Assembly (NCBI GenBank): GCA_045613785.1
Contig: JAZLBQ010000012.1
Coordinates: 32,099-96,098 of the forward strand
DNA from: Candidatus Enterousia sp.
Lineage (GTDB): Bacteria > Pseudomonadota > Alphaproteobacteria > Rs-D84
Length of the DNA: 64,000 nucleotides
Direction of reading: 5' to 3'
In this document: positions 39,704 through 49,150 of the stretch, piece by piece
Position numbering within the stretch: the first letter of the stretch is position 1
How the letters are laid out: each line of letters opens with the position of its first letter
Position numbers and translations under genes: made by a program
The notes under the pieces: model-generated
The model's database searches: none
What the model saw: the letters and a program-made list of their open reading frames with translations, nothing else
What the model was told of the DNA's origin: nothing

Positions 39704-39732
39704 ATTTTATCTGTCGTTGTTACGGTGTGCAA
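39704..39732 (-). promoter_or_regulatory. sigma70-type promoter for the small-ORF/HNH unit
   Basis: Minus strand TTGCAC, 17 nt spacer, TAAAAT. Confidence 0.55.
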
Positions 39733-39844
39733 CTGTTTCTTCCTTTTTTTTGTTTTTTTGTGCTATAATATACGGCATATTAAAAAAGTTGCGTGAAGGT
39801 CGTGAATAAAAAAATACCCCGTTGGGGGTATTTTTTTATTATCC

Positions 39845-39935
39845 TGGCGGAGACGAAGGGATTCGAACCCTTGATGCCCTTGCGAGCATACCACATTTCC
39901 AATGTGGCGCACTAGACCAACTATGCGACGTCTCC
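39845..39935 (-). tRNA. tRNA-Ser (anticodon GGA), CCA encoded
   Basis: Reverse complement GGAGACG...anticodon loop TTGGAAA, a long variable arm and T-loop TTCGAAT. A hairpin terminator lies at 39810-39840. Confidence 0.88.
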
Positions 39936-39945
39936 GAATTATGAA

Positions 39946-40341
39946 TTATTCTGCATCGTCGCCGTTGTCAGAATCTGCTTCGTCGTCTGATTCAACGACT
40001 GCACTTGTTTCTTCTGTCAAGACATCGTCCAATTCTGCGTCAATTACACGCAATTCTGGATTTTCGCTGCCGACTTCCAATGTTTCTTCGCCTGCTTCTG
40101 CACTTGGTGCATCTTTATAAGACTGAACAAATTCGTGACGAACAGTATCGACGTTTAATTTGCCGCTGGCGATTTCACGCAATGCAACAACTGTCATTTT
40201 GTCATTGTTTTTTTCAACGACGGCTTCTGCACCACCGTTCAGATCACGAACACGCTGTGATGCCAGCATGCCAACCTCATATCGGCTTTCCATTTTCAAT
40301 TCTTTCTTTGACAATATGTCAGAAATTGTTGTGCGTGCCAT
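39946..40341 (-). CDS. rpoZ: DNA-directed RNA polymerase subunit omega with acidic C-terminal tail
   Basis: SRYEVGMLASQRVRDLNGG...VVALREIASGKL is the omega signature. Confidence 0.9.
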   Translation of the reverse strand: MARTTISDILSKKELKMESRYEVGMLASQRVRDLNGGAEAVVEKNNDKMTVVALREIASGKLNVDTVRHEFVQSYKDAPSAEAGEETLEVGSENPELRVIDAELDDVLTEETSAVVESDDEADSDNGDDAE

Positions 40342-40393
40342 AATTTAATTCCTTTGTTGAAATCATTTTTAACCAGGCTATAATGCCCTATGG

Positions 40394-41656
40394 ATGGTAA
40401 AAATGCAAGCAGAAAATAAAAAAAACAATATAAAAACATTATCTTTTGGTTGTCGGCTGAATACATTGGAATCTGAAAAGATTCAAGAAATGCTTTCGTC
40501 GCACTTGTCAGCGGCGATTGTCGTCAACACTTGTGCTGTCACGGCCGAGGCTGAACGTCAATCTGGTCAAGCAGTCCGTAAGATTGCTCGTGAAAATCCA
40601 AATGCACCAATTTTTGTAACGGGCTGTGCCGCAACACGCAATCCTGGTTTGTTTTCCCAGATAACTAACACAATCACTGTTCCAAATTCTGAAAAGTTGC
40701 ACTTGGCGGCATATCTTGACGGTCTGGCGACTGCATCATGTGATATAAAAAGTCCTCAGATTTCAAGGTTTAATCACACTGATTCCCGGCTGTCTAAACA
40801 GTTTGTTCAGATTCAAAATGGTTGTAATCACAGTTGTGCGTATTGTATTACACGTGCCTTGCGTGGTCCGTCGGTTTCGTTTGAATATAAAGGCATTTTA
40901 TCTGATGTTGTTGCTGCTGTGCAAAATGGTTTTAGTGAAATTGTTTTGACAGGGATAGATATTGCGTCATATGTGAAAAAGCAGGGCGACAAAGTGTTTT
41001 TATTATCTGATTTATGTCGTTGTTTATTGCGTGATGTTCCGCAGATTCAGCGTCTTCGTCTGTCGTCTGTTGATCCTGCTGTTCCAGATGTTGCTAATAT
41101 CATAGATTTAATATTATCAGAACCACGAATGATGCCACATATGCATTTTTCTATGCAGTCTGGTTCGGATACGATTTTGCGTTCTATGGGGCGTCGTCAT
41201 AATGCAGAAATGGTTCGTAACTTGGTAAAACGTGCCAATGGAAAGATTACATTCAGTTGGGATATTATCTGTGGTTTTCCTGGTGAATCAGACGACTTGT
41301 TCCAAGAAACATTGGAACTGGTCAACGAAACCAAGCCGATTAAAATTCATGCGTTTCCTTTTTCGCCACGTCCAGGCACGCCTGCGGCAGTTATGCCAAA
41401 TCAGATTGATCGTTCTGTGTCTAAGGGGCGTGTTCATATAATTGATGATGCGGCAAACAAAAATCGCATTGATTTTATGCAGACGCAAATTGGCAAGACA
41501 GTTTCTGTCCTGGCTGAACAAAACAACATTGCCCGCTGTCCGCACGATATTCCGGTAAAAATTCAAGGTTCTGATATTGTTTCACGTCAAATATACGAAG
41601 TAAAAATAACCGGGGTTCAGGATGATTATTTTATTGGCAATGTGATTTATAATTGA
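40394..41656 (+). CDS. mtaB: MiaB-like radical-SAM tRNA methylthiotransferase (MtaB type)
   Basis: N-terminal UPF0004 Cys triad, radical SAM CNHSCAYC, and a C-terminal TRAM-like end. Confidence 0.85.
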   Translation: MVKMQAENKKNNIKTLSFGCRLNTLESEKIQEMLSSHLSAAIVVNTCAVTAEAERQSGQAVRKIARENPNAPIFVTGCAATRNPGLFSQITNTITVPNSEKLHLAAYLDGLATASCDIKSPQISRFNHTDSRLSKQFVQIQNGCNHSCAYCITRALRGPSVSFEYKGILSDVVAAVQNGFSEIVLTGIDIASYVKKQGDKVFLLSDLCRCLLRDVPQIQRLRLSSVDPAVPDVANIIDLILSEPRMMPHMHFSMQSGSDTILRSMGRRHNAEMVRNLVKRANGKITFSWDIICGFPGESDDLFQETLELVNETKPIKIHAFPFSPRPGTPAAVMPNQIDRSVSKGRVHIIDDAANKNRIDFMQTQIGKTVSVLAEQNNIARCPHDIPVKIQGSDIVSRQIYEVKITGVQDDYFIGNVIYN

Positions 41657-41669
41657 TAATATCCCAGAT

Positions 41670-42845
41670 ATGAAAAAGAAATTACTAGCAATCTTTATGA
41701 TTTTATTGTCCACCGCTGCTAATGCAGAGTATAAGACCCGTGCAAAATCCGCCTTTTTGATTGATTATGATTCTGGGGCGGAAATTGTTGCGAAAAATGC
41801 AGATACGCTTATGCCGCCATCTTCGATGATAAAACTAATGACGTTGGCTGTTCTGTTTGATGAATTGGCAGCGGGTAATATAACAATGGATACACGGTTT
41901 CCTGTCAGCGAAAATGCCGACTATAATCGTCCAGAATGGTATCCTGCCAGCAAGATTTGTTTAGTTGCAGGTCAAACAATAACTGTTCGTGATTTGATTT
42001 TAGGATTGATTGTTTTATCTGGTGGCGATGCGTCTGTTGTGGTTGCTGAAAAGCTTGCCGGATCCGAGGCACAGTTTACCACAAAGATGGAGGCAAAGGC
42101 TCGCAGTATTGGTATGGCTCAGTCAACATTTGGCAACGCCAGTGGACTGCCAAATCCAAACAATTTGATGACCAGTCGTGAATTGGCAATATTGGCTCAG
42201 CACTTGATTGGTGATTATCCAGACATTTATCCAATGTTTGCAACCAAGCGTTTTGAATACAAAGAACACAAAACAGACTGGTGTCGTGAATGGGGTCGAA
42301 CCCACACAGTAAATTATAATAAATTGCTGTTTAATATGCGTGGTGCAGACGGGTTAAAGACCGGGCATACCAACGACGGTGGTTATGGAATGGTTGCCAG
42401 TGCAAAAATCGGTGGTCGTCGATTGATTGGTGTTATAAATGGCTTTAATGGCAAAGGACACGATGCATTGGCAACTGAAATGAAGAAGTTATTAGAACAC
42501 GGTTTTGCAACGACTATGAACAAGGTTTTTTATCAGCCAGGCGATGTTGTCGCCGAAATTCCGGTTTGGTATGGACGTAATGCAAATGTTGCAGCAACTG
42601 TTGAAAAGCCTTTTGCGATAACTGTTTCTAAAAAAGACGGTTTGTCTGGTGTTCGTGTTTTGGCACGCTTTAATGAACCGTTAAATGCACCTGTGAATCA
42701 AGGACAAGAAATTGGTGAATTGATTGCAGAACAAAATGGTCAGGTTTTGGTGCGTGCACCATTGGTCGCCAAAGACCAAGTTCGTAAAATTCAATTCTTT
42801 GGTCGTGTTATAAAAAATATCAAGGTAATGTTTGGTTGGAATTAA
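41670..42845 (+). CDS. dacA: D-alanyl-D-alanine carboxypeptidase (PBP5/6 family)
   Basis: Signal peptide, then SxxK (SMIKLMT), SGD-type (LSGGDAS) and KTG (KTGHT) motifs. Confidence 0.9.
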   Translation: MKKKLLAIFMILLSTAANAEYKTRAKSAFLIDYDSGAEIVAKNADTLMPPSSMIKLMTLAVLFDELAAGNITMDTRFPVSENADYNRPEWYPASKICLVAGQTITVRDLILGLIVLSGGDASVVVAEKLAGSEAQFTTKMEAKARSIGMAQSTFGNASGLPNPNNLMTSRELAILAQHLIGDYPDIYPMFATKRFEYKEHKTDWCREWGRTHTVNYNKLLFNMRGADGLKTGHTNDGGYGMVASAKIGGRRLIGVINGFNGKGHDALATEMKKLLEHGFATTMNKVFYQPGDVVAEIPVWYGRNANVAATVEKPFAITVSKKDGLSGVRVLARFNEPLNAPVNQGQEIGELIAEQNGQVLVRAPLVAKDQVRKIQFFGRVIKNIKVMFGWN

Positions 42846-43753
42846 AAATGGCACCACGTAAGAAGATAGTTGATGAATATAATTTTCCGCACCCAATGGA
42901 TAATGATTATCTGGTTGGGCATGGGGAAACATTGCGTAATTTTACAAATGCGTGGGCACAACGTGAAGCGCATCCGATACATCCTGTTTGGATGCTGGCT
43001 GGGCCTAGTGGCATTGGCAAGGCGACCTTGGCATATAAAATTGCCAAGATGGTATATGGCAATGTTGGTGATTTCTTTATTATTGATATAGAACGTAATC
43101 TGGACAAAGACGGTCGCTCAAAAACTGACAGCAAGGTCATATCTGTTCATACTGTTCGTAATATGATTGATAAAATGCAGATGTCTTCAATGTCTGGTGG
43201 CTGGCGTGTAGTTCTGATTGATTCTGTTGACCAGCTAAATACGGCTGCATCAAATGCAATATTAAAATTACTGGAAGAGCCACCTGCAAAAACGTTGTTT
43301 TTATTGGTTGTTCATCAGTTGTCAAATGTTCTACCGACTGTTCGATCACGTGCTCGTGTTGAAAAAATGCGACCCTTATCGATATCTCAGTTGCGTGAAC
43401 TGTGTGCAAAATTTATTCCCGAAGACGAAGTTAGCACCGCAACACTTCGGCTGGCAAACGGCAGTTTTGGCAAGATTGCAAACCTGAAACGTTCTGGTGG
43501 CGATGTGATTCACGACGAACTGATAGAAATGTTATCAGACCAGCGTTCAACCAGTGCAGACGCAATGGCATTGGCTAAAAAGATTTCTTCTGCACCAGAA
43601 TTGCATGGAATTTTGCTGGACGCAGTGGCATATTTTGGCTTGGCTGATTTGTATCCTGTTGCTACACGTGCACTTGCTGATATCAAGATACTGAATCTAG
43701 AAGCCGAAACAGGTATTTTCAAGATTATTATGGAAATAAAAAAATGTTTATAG
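42836..43753 (+). CDS. holB: DNA polymerase III subunit delta'
   Basis: LAGPSGIGKATLAYKIA P-loop-like motif and the TVRSR sensor motif. An alternative start is the ATG at 42848. Confidence 0.85.
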   Translation: MELKMAPRKKIVDEYNFPHPMDNDYLVGHGETLRNFTNAWAQREAHPIHPVWMLAGPSGIGKATLAYKIAKMVYGNVGDFFIIDIERNLDKDGRSKTDSKVISVHTVRNMIDKMQMSSMSGGWRVVLIDSVDQLNTAASNAILKLLEEPPAKTLFLLVVHQLSNVLPTVRSRARVEKMRPLSISQLRELCAKFIPEDEVSTATLRLANGSFGKIANLKRSGGDVIHDELIEMLSDQRSTSADAMALAKKISSAPELHGILLDAVAYFGLADLYPVATRALADIKILNLEAETGIFKIIMEIKKCL

Positions 43754-44502
43754 ATACACATTGCCATTTAACAGAAAACTATAACGATGGTTCTGATGCG
43801 GTTGATGTGATAAATCGTGCGGTGGCATCAGGTGTTGGTGTTATGGTTTGTCCAACGGCTGATCCTGCTGATATTTCATCTGCAATACGCCTGGCAAACA
43901 AGCACAAGAATATCTTTTGCACAATTGGTATTCATCCAGAATACGCCCTTGTGGACGCAGCGTTGTATTTGACAGATGATATATTGACTAATCCACGGGT
44001 TGTTGGTGTGGGTGAAATTGGTCTGGATTATCATTGTGGCACAGAAACAAGAACGCAACAAATCGCATTGTTTGAACAGCAACTAGAAATTGCACGTCGT
44101 TTAAAACTGCCTGTTGCAATTCATACACGTGATGCAGAATCAGACACATCTGCAATATTAAATGGCGACATTACCGGTGTTATGCATTGTTATACCAGTT
44201 CATATGATTTGGCGAAAAAAATGTTAGATCGTGGGTTTTATTTTTCGGCCAGTGGGATTTTAACTTTCAAGAACGCATTTGACATTCGTGAAACGTTTGC
44301 CAAGATTCCGCTTGATAGGATTGTAATTGAAACAGATGCCCCATATTGTGCACCTGTTCCATATCGGGGCAAGGTGTGCGAGCCATCTATGGTTGTTGAA
44401 ACGGCACGTTGTTTGGCTGATATAAAGGGCTTGCCTTTGCATGAATTGGAAACTATACTGATGGATAATGTAAAAAGATTATACCCAAAGATAGAATTAT
44501 AA
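43744..44502 (+). CDS. tatD: TatD family deoxyribonuclease/hydrolase
   Basis: FIDTHCHL, GEIGLDYH, HTRDA, ETDAPY. Confidence 0.92.
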   Translation: MFIDTHCHLTENYNDGSDAVDVINRAVASGVGVMVCPTADPADISSAIRLANKHKNIFCTIGIHPEYALVDAALYLTDDILTNPRVVGVGEIGLDYHCGTETRTQQIALFEQQLEIARRLKLPVAIHTRDAESDTSAILNGDITGVMHCYTSSYDLAKKMLDRGFYFSASGILTFKNAFDIRETFAKIPLDRIVIETDAPYCAPVPYRGKVCEPSMVVETARCLADIKGLPLHELETILMDNVKRLYPKIEL

Positions 44503-44503
44503 A

Positions 44504-44971
44504 ATGGCACGACAGATAATAAAATCAGGACAGGTTTCCGAAAACCGCAAAGCCCGCTTTAATTACAGTATCGAAGATACTATCGAAGCAGGTATTTCGC
44601 TAACTGGTGCAGAGATTAAATCAATTCGTTATGGATTGGTAACTATTGTTGATGGCTTTGTTCAGCGTCGTGGTGATAATTTATTTTTGGCAGGGGTTGA
44701 AATTCAGAAATTACCAACAGCGGCTCGCATTGTAAATTTTGATGAGCGTCGTTCACGTCAGTTATTGCTACATCGCAATCAAATAAACCGTCTGATTGGA
44801 AAGTTGCAAGAAAAGGGTGCGACAATTGTTCCGTTAAAATTGTATTTCAACAATCGTGGCAAGTTAAAGGTTTTGCTTGGTGTTGGTTATGGTAAAAACA
44901 AGGTTGATAAGCGTGAAACAATCAAGCAACGTGAATGGAATAAAAACAAGGCACGTTTATTAAAGGGCTAG
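44504..44971 (+). CDS. smpB: SsrA-binding protein
   Basis: 155 aa; NRKARFNYSIEDTIEAGISLTGAEIKSIR. Confidence 0.96.
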   Translation: MARQIIKSGQVSENRKARFNYSIEDTIEAGISLTGAEIKSIRYGLVTIVDGFVQRRGDNLFLAGVEIQKLPTAARIVNFDERRSRQLLLHRNQINRLIGKLQEKGATIVPLKLYFNNRGKLKVLLGVGYGKNKVDKRETIKQREWNKNKARLLKG

Positions 44972-45715
44972 TGTTAAAAAGTCCAGAATATCATCTTGGG
45001 CTTGCTGCCAGTCATTATCGAACAGAACGTTGTTTTTTGAATCAGGATAAATTATCAACGTCAAATTTTCTAAATCTCGTTCCCTATATGCGTTGTATAA
45101 CGAGCGTGCCAGTCGTCCGTTCATTGCATAAATGTCATTTCCACCACCAATAATCAGCAATGGTGTTTCATTACAAATATCATAATTTATATTCACCATA
45201 CATTTTAACATACGAAAACAGGTTTCGTATGTAATATATTGATTATTGTTGCTATTTATCACACTGTGAATTGGTGAAAGAAAGTCAAAAAAACGTGCAG
45301 GTGCGTCTTTTCCTTGAATTTTTTTGCCAATCCACGTCAACGCCTGCCATATCCACAACTGTAATTTAGAATACCTTGCACCACCTGACAGGCAAACCCC
45401 ACCAGCACATAAATTATCTTGCCCGATTATTTGTTGAGTTATCAAACTGCCGTATCCATTTCCAAATAAAAACAGGGGCAGTTTATATGTCTTTTTTAAA
45501 AATTTTAATGTTTTTAATTCGATAGCAAACCTGCTTTCGTCAATAGTGTCTGTTTTGTTTCCAAACACAATAAAACCATTTTTGTTCAAGAATTTTGCGA
45601 ACCTATCAAAATCATCAATTTTGTTTTCTGGTCCAGAAATTATCTGAATAACCCCACGTGGCGATTTTACGTTGTTCCACAGTTTTTCTGATAAATTTTG
45701 TGCTTGTTTATTCAT
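44960..45715 (-). CDS. alpha/beta-hydrolase-fold homolog lacking the catalytic residues
   Basis: Lysophospholipase-like layout, but the nucleophile elbow reads GNGYG instead of GxSxG. The HG and the catalytic His positions are also substituted. Confidence 0.55.
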   Translation of the reverse strand: MNKQAQNLSEKLWNNVKSPRGVIQIISGPENKIDDFDRFAKFLNKNGFIVFGNKTDTIDESRFAIELKTLKFLKKTYKLPLFLFGNGYGSLITQQIIGQDNLCAGGVCLSGGARYSKLQLWIWQALTWIGKKIQGKDAPARFFDFLSPIHSVINSNNNQYITYETCFRMLKCMVNINYDICNETPLLIIGGGNDIYAMNGRLARSLYNAYRERDLENLTLIIYPDSKNNVLFDNDWQQAQDDILDFLTLAL

Positions 45716-45794
45716 TGCTGTGCCTTGTCAAATAACACAGCAATTTTACAGATAAACGGCATACAAAAGTATAGGTAAGGATTCCGAGCCTGTT

Positions 45795-46943
45795 TTATGC
45801 GTTTTGTCCTGCTACACGGCCGCTGGCCCAGGCCCATTGCAGATTAAAACCGCCTAAATCGCCTGTAATATCCAATACTTCACCAGCCCAGAATAAACCA
45901 GGACATAATTTTGATTCCATTGTTTTTGATGAAATTTCGTCTGTGCTAACGCCGCCTTGAACAATTTCTGCACTGGCCAGCGAGTGATATTTAATCGACT
46001 TGCCATCAATTTTGATGTTGCATATTTTTTGAACAATTTGTGCAATTTCTGAATCTTTTATATCGGCAATATTTTTATTATTGTCGCCAACAGTCCATTT
46101 AACAATCTTGGTTGGTAAATATTCGCTTAGAATATTTGTGATTGATTTTTTGCCGATTGTTCGTTTGGCTAGCTTTAATTTTTCCAGCAAATCAATATTC
46201 GGAACCAGGTTTATAGTTAAATCGTTGTCTGCAAAGTCAAACAAACTTGCACGATATGCTGCCGGTCCGCCAATTCCAACGTGCGTAAATAACAAGGAAT
46301 CCATAACAGAATTTTTTCCAACTGTAATCTTTGCGTCTAATGAAATTCCTGCAAAATCCGATGGAAAGAAACGAAAGTCCAACGGACACAGACCAGGCTT
46401 TACCTGAACGATTTTATGTCCAAATTTTCGTGCGATTTTATATCCTATATCCGATACTCCCAGTGAATCAAAAGAAGTTCCACCATTTGCCACAATCAGT
46501 GAGCGTCCTGAATAACCGTTGACGGTAAACAAATCGTCTGATTTGTGAACGTTATCAATTTTTTCATTAAACTTAAAATCTGCTGTTGCGGCATCTTGCA
46601 TCAAGGCTTTAACAACCGCCATCGCCCCGTCATCACAGAAATATCGCCCAGGGGTCTTTTGGCTTAGGTTCAGTTTATGCTGTGTTGCCCAATCTAAAAT
46701 ATCATACGGGGACACACGACTAAGTGCACCACGAACAAAGTTAGGATTTTTACCAAAATACCTTGTGTGATTTGCTGCTGTATTTGTAATATTGCACCGT
46801 CCGCCACCAGACACCGAAACTTTGCGGGCAGGGCGTTCGCCCATATCAAGCACCAGGGCAGACTTGCCCCGTCCAACAACTTGTGCGGCAGCGGCTAATC
46901 CTGCTGCACCAGCACCGATAATAATAACGTCGTAAATCTTCAT
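45795..46943 (-). CDS. HI0933/BaiN-like NAD(P)/FAD-dependent flavoprotein
   Basis: YDVIIIGAGAAGLAAA dinucleotide-binding motif, GGGRCNITN, and C-terminal GGFNLQWAWASG. Start taken at Met13. Confidence 0.85.
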   Translation of the reverse strand: MKIYDVIIIGAGAAGLAAAAQVVGRGKSALVLDMGERPARKVSVSGGGRCNITNTAANHTRYFGKNPNFVRGALSRVSPYDILDWATQHKLNLSQKTPGRYFCDDGAMAVVKALMQDAATADFKFNEKIDNVHKSDDLFTVNGYSGRSLIVANGGTSFDSLGVSDIGYKIARKFGHKIVQVKPGLCPLDFRFFPSDFAGISLDAKITVGKNSVMDSLLFTHVGIGGPAAYRASLFDFADNDLTINLVPNIDLLEKLKLAKRTIGKKSITNILSEYLPTKIVKWTVGDNNKNIADIKDSEIAQIVQKICNIKIDGKSIKYHSLASAEIVQGGVSTDEISSKTMESKLCPGLFWAGEVLDITGDLGGFNLQWAWASGRVAGQNA

Positions 46944-47002
46944 AGATATAATTTTATCACAAGACAGAAAAAAATCCATCCAAACGGACGGATTTTTAAT
47001 CT

Positions 47003-47078
47003 TGGTGGGTTAGGTAGGACTTGAACCCACGACCAAAGCGTTATGAGCGCTCCGCTCTAACCACTGAGCTACTAACCC
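47003..47078 (-). tRNA. tRNA with CAT anticodon (elongator Met or lysidine-modified Ile2), CCA encoded
   Basis: Reverse complement GGGTTAG...anticodon loop CTCATAA...CTAACCC-A-CCA. It lacks initiator features (no 3 G-C pairs in the anticodon stem). Confidence 0.85.
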
Positions 47079-47155
47079 ACGTCGCCTATTATATATAAAA
47101 TATAAAATCGTGCAAGATAAAAATTATTTTATTCTAATTTATTTATCTTTGTGCA

Positions 47156-48439
47156 ATGATTCAGTTTATGAGTGAACTTGTTCCGATTTTAAATGCGACA
47201 CAAATGGCGGCGTTCGATGCTATTGAACGCACAAATTCGAATTTGTTGATTTTGGGGCCTGCCGGCACTGGCAAATCAACATTTGTAAATTATCTAAAAA
47301 GTGCATCAAAAAAACGTATTGTTTGTGCATGTCCAACGGCAGTTTCTGCATTAAATATTGGTGGTCAAACAATACATTCGTTATTTCAGATTCAGCCACG
47401 TGATTTTATTATGCCTGAATTGTTAAAGTTAAAGTCCAAGCCTCGAAATATTCTGACTGCAACAGATGTTTTGATAATTGATGAAATATCAATGGTGGCT
47501 CCTGATTTGTTAGATGCAATTGATATTCTGGCACGCTATGCCCGTCGCAACAACGAACCGTTTGGTGGAATCCAGGTTGTTGCAATCGGTGATTTATTTC
47601 AGTTGCCACCTGTGATAACGACCCAAGCAGTCCAGTATTATACTGCTGAATACGGGTGCCCAAATGCGTATTTTTTTGACAGTAATGTATATCATCGTGC
47701 CGATTTCAAGCGATTTAATTTTGAATTTGTGTATCGTCAAAACGATGTTGCACTGCTAGAAAATTTAGTGCGATTGCGTAATAACGATTCTGGTGCGTTG
47801 GAATTTTTTAATTCGCTAAAAATAGACGATTCTGAACGTCGTTCTAACGCAGTTATCATAACACCGTTTCGTGCTGTTGCAGAACGCATAAACGCAACTC
47901 GATTGGCACAAATAAACGATACAGAATATGCTTATAACGGTGTTTTATCTGGAACGTTTTCTGATCGTGATGTTCCTGCACCATTGTCGTTGGTGTTAAA
48001 GGTTGGTGCATTGGTTGTTTTTGTAAAAAATGGCGACAAATGGCACAATGGTTCGATGGGGATTGTTCGTGCGATGTCTGCCCGTGATATAACAGTTCAG
48101 TTGCTGTCAGATTCTCATGAGGTTGTTTCTGTTCGACCTGAAAAATGGCAAAAGATTGAATATTCACGTGATGAAAATGACCGTCTGATTGAAACAGAGG
48201 TTGGTTCATACAAGCAATTTCCGTTGAATCTTGGGTATGCGATGACCATACACAAGGCTCAGGGAAAGACCTTGGATACGGTGGTTGTTGATATTTCACG
48301 TGGTGCATTTGCTCACGGTCAGGTTTATGTTGCATTATCACGCACCCGACACAGCAAAGACATGCATATTGCATCGTTTTTACGCCCACGTGATGTTATA
48401 TTTGATGAACGTGTTCTGGAATTTGTAGGGGACTTATAA
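47156..48439 (+). CDS. PIF1/RecD-like superfamily 1B helicase
   Basis: Walker A GPAGTGKST, Walker B VLIIDEISMV, GDLFQLPPV, and C-terminal TIHKAQGKTLD...ALSR. Confidence 0.85.
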   Translation: MIQFMSELVPILNATQMAAFDAIERTNSNLLILGPAGTGKSTFVNYLKSASKKRIVCACPTAVSALNIGGQTIHSLFQIQPRDFIMPELLKLKSKPRNILTATDVLIIDEISMVAPDLLDAIDILARYARRNNEPFGGIQVVAIGDLFQLPPVITTQAVQYYTAEYGCPNAYFFDSNVYHRADFKRFNFEFVYRQNDVALLENLVRLRNNDSGALEFFNSLKIDDSERRSNAVIITPFRAVAERINATRLAQINDTEYAYNGVLSGTFSDRDVPAPLSLVLKVGALVVFVKNGDKWHNGSMGIVRAMSARDITVQLLSDSHEVVSVRPEKWQKIEYSRDENDRLIETEVGSYKQFPLNLGYAMTIHKAQGKTLDTVVVDISRGAFAHGQVYVALSRTRHSKDMHIASFLRPRDVIFDERVLEFVGDL

Positions 48440-48820
48440 ATCTTTTTTCATCATTATAGCGTCAACGCCGTCATAGTATTTTGGACGGATGCCAATTTCC
48501 TTGTATCCGTTATTAGAATATAACTCACGGGCAGGGTGGTTGTTTTCTGCGACTTCAAGAAATATGTTTTTGACATTGTTCTTTTTTAATTCGCCTTCTA
48601 CAATCCCCAGCATAGCCGCTGCTATTCCAGTGCGACGTGCTTCTGGTGCTACACCAATTGTGATAATTTCCGCTTCGTCCAAGGTCTGTCGATAAACGAT
48701 AAACCCATTTTGACTAGCAATAATTTCGCAACCTGATTTTTTCAGGTCTGCAAAGTCATTCGCACTCCATGGTTTGTGCGGAAAGCATTTTTGATGAAGA
48801 TTTGCTAATTCATTTAACAT
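48434..48820 (-). CDS. rimI: ribosomal-protein-alanine N-acetyltransferase (GNAT)
   Basis: GVAPEARRTGIAAAML acetyl-CoA-binding motif, and the canonical position downstream of tsaB. Confidence 0.85.
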   Translation of the reverse strand: MLNELANLHQKCFPHKPWSANDFADLKKSGCEIIASQNGFIVYRQTLDEAEIITIGVAPEARRTGIAAAMLGIVEGELKKNNVKNIFLEVAENNHPARELYSNNGYKEIGIRPKYYDGVDAIMMKKDL

Positions 48821-49148
48821 GTTGTCTGGCGTATCTTGCCTTTATTTTATCATAGATTTTCTTTGTGAATTCTGTGTTGATTTCTTCGAAATCAATTGAA
48901 CTGACACCAATACTTGTGTGGTATTGCAACTTTACAATCTTGTATTCTAAGTTTGCGCGTCTGACAGCGGTGCAATAAATATCCACAGATGCGTCGTGTG
49001 ATGTAAAATGGTAATCTTCGGTGAAGTTATTTTTTTTGCTGTGGTTATAATCTTGTTCTGCGAAATGCGATTGCCCGTATTTAACCAAGTGCTCAATGTC
49101 GTTATGTACGTGCGTTCTGAATACAGCCTTGTTGTCTGTAACCATCAT
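48810..49148 (-). CDS. hypothetical protein (112 aa) inserted between tsaB and rimI
   Basis: The ORF overlaps rimI by 11 nt and starts 3 nt after tsaB. No motif recognised. Confidence 0.5.
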   Translation of the reverse strand: MMVTDNKAVFRTHVHNDIEHLVKYGQSHFAEQDYNHSKKNNFTEDYHFTSHDASVDIYCTAVRRANLEYKIVKLQYHTSIGVSSIDFEEINTEFTKKIYDKIKARYARQHVK

Positions 49149-49150
49149 TT

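Noticed and set aside
39507-39809. 100-aa + strand ORF overlapping the HNH gene start.
   Set aside because: It overlaps the HNH CDS and competes with a minus-strand small ORF that has a better promoter and SD. The downstream hairpin is explained as the tRNA-Ser terminator. It is not fully excluded.
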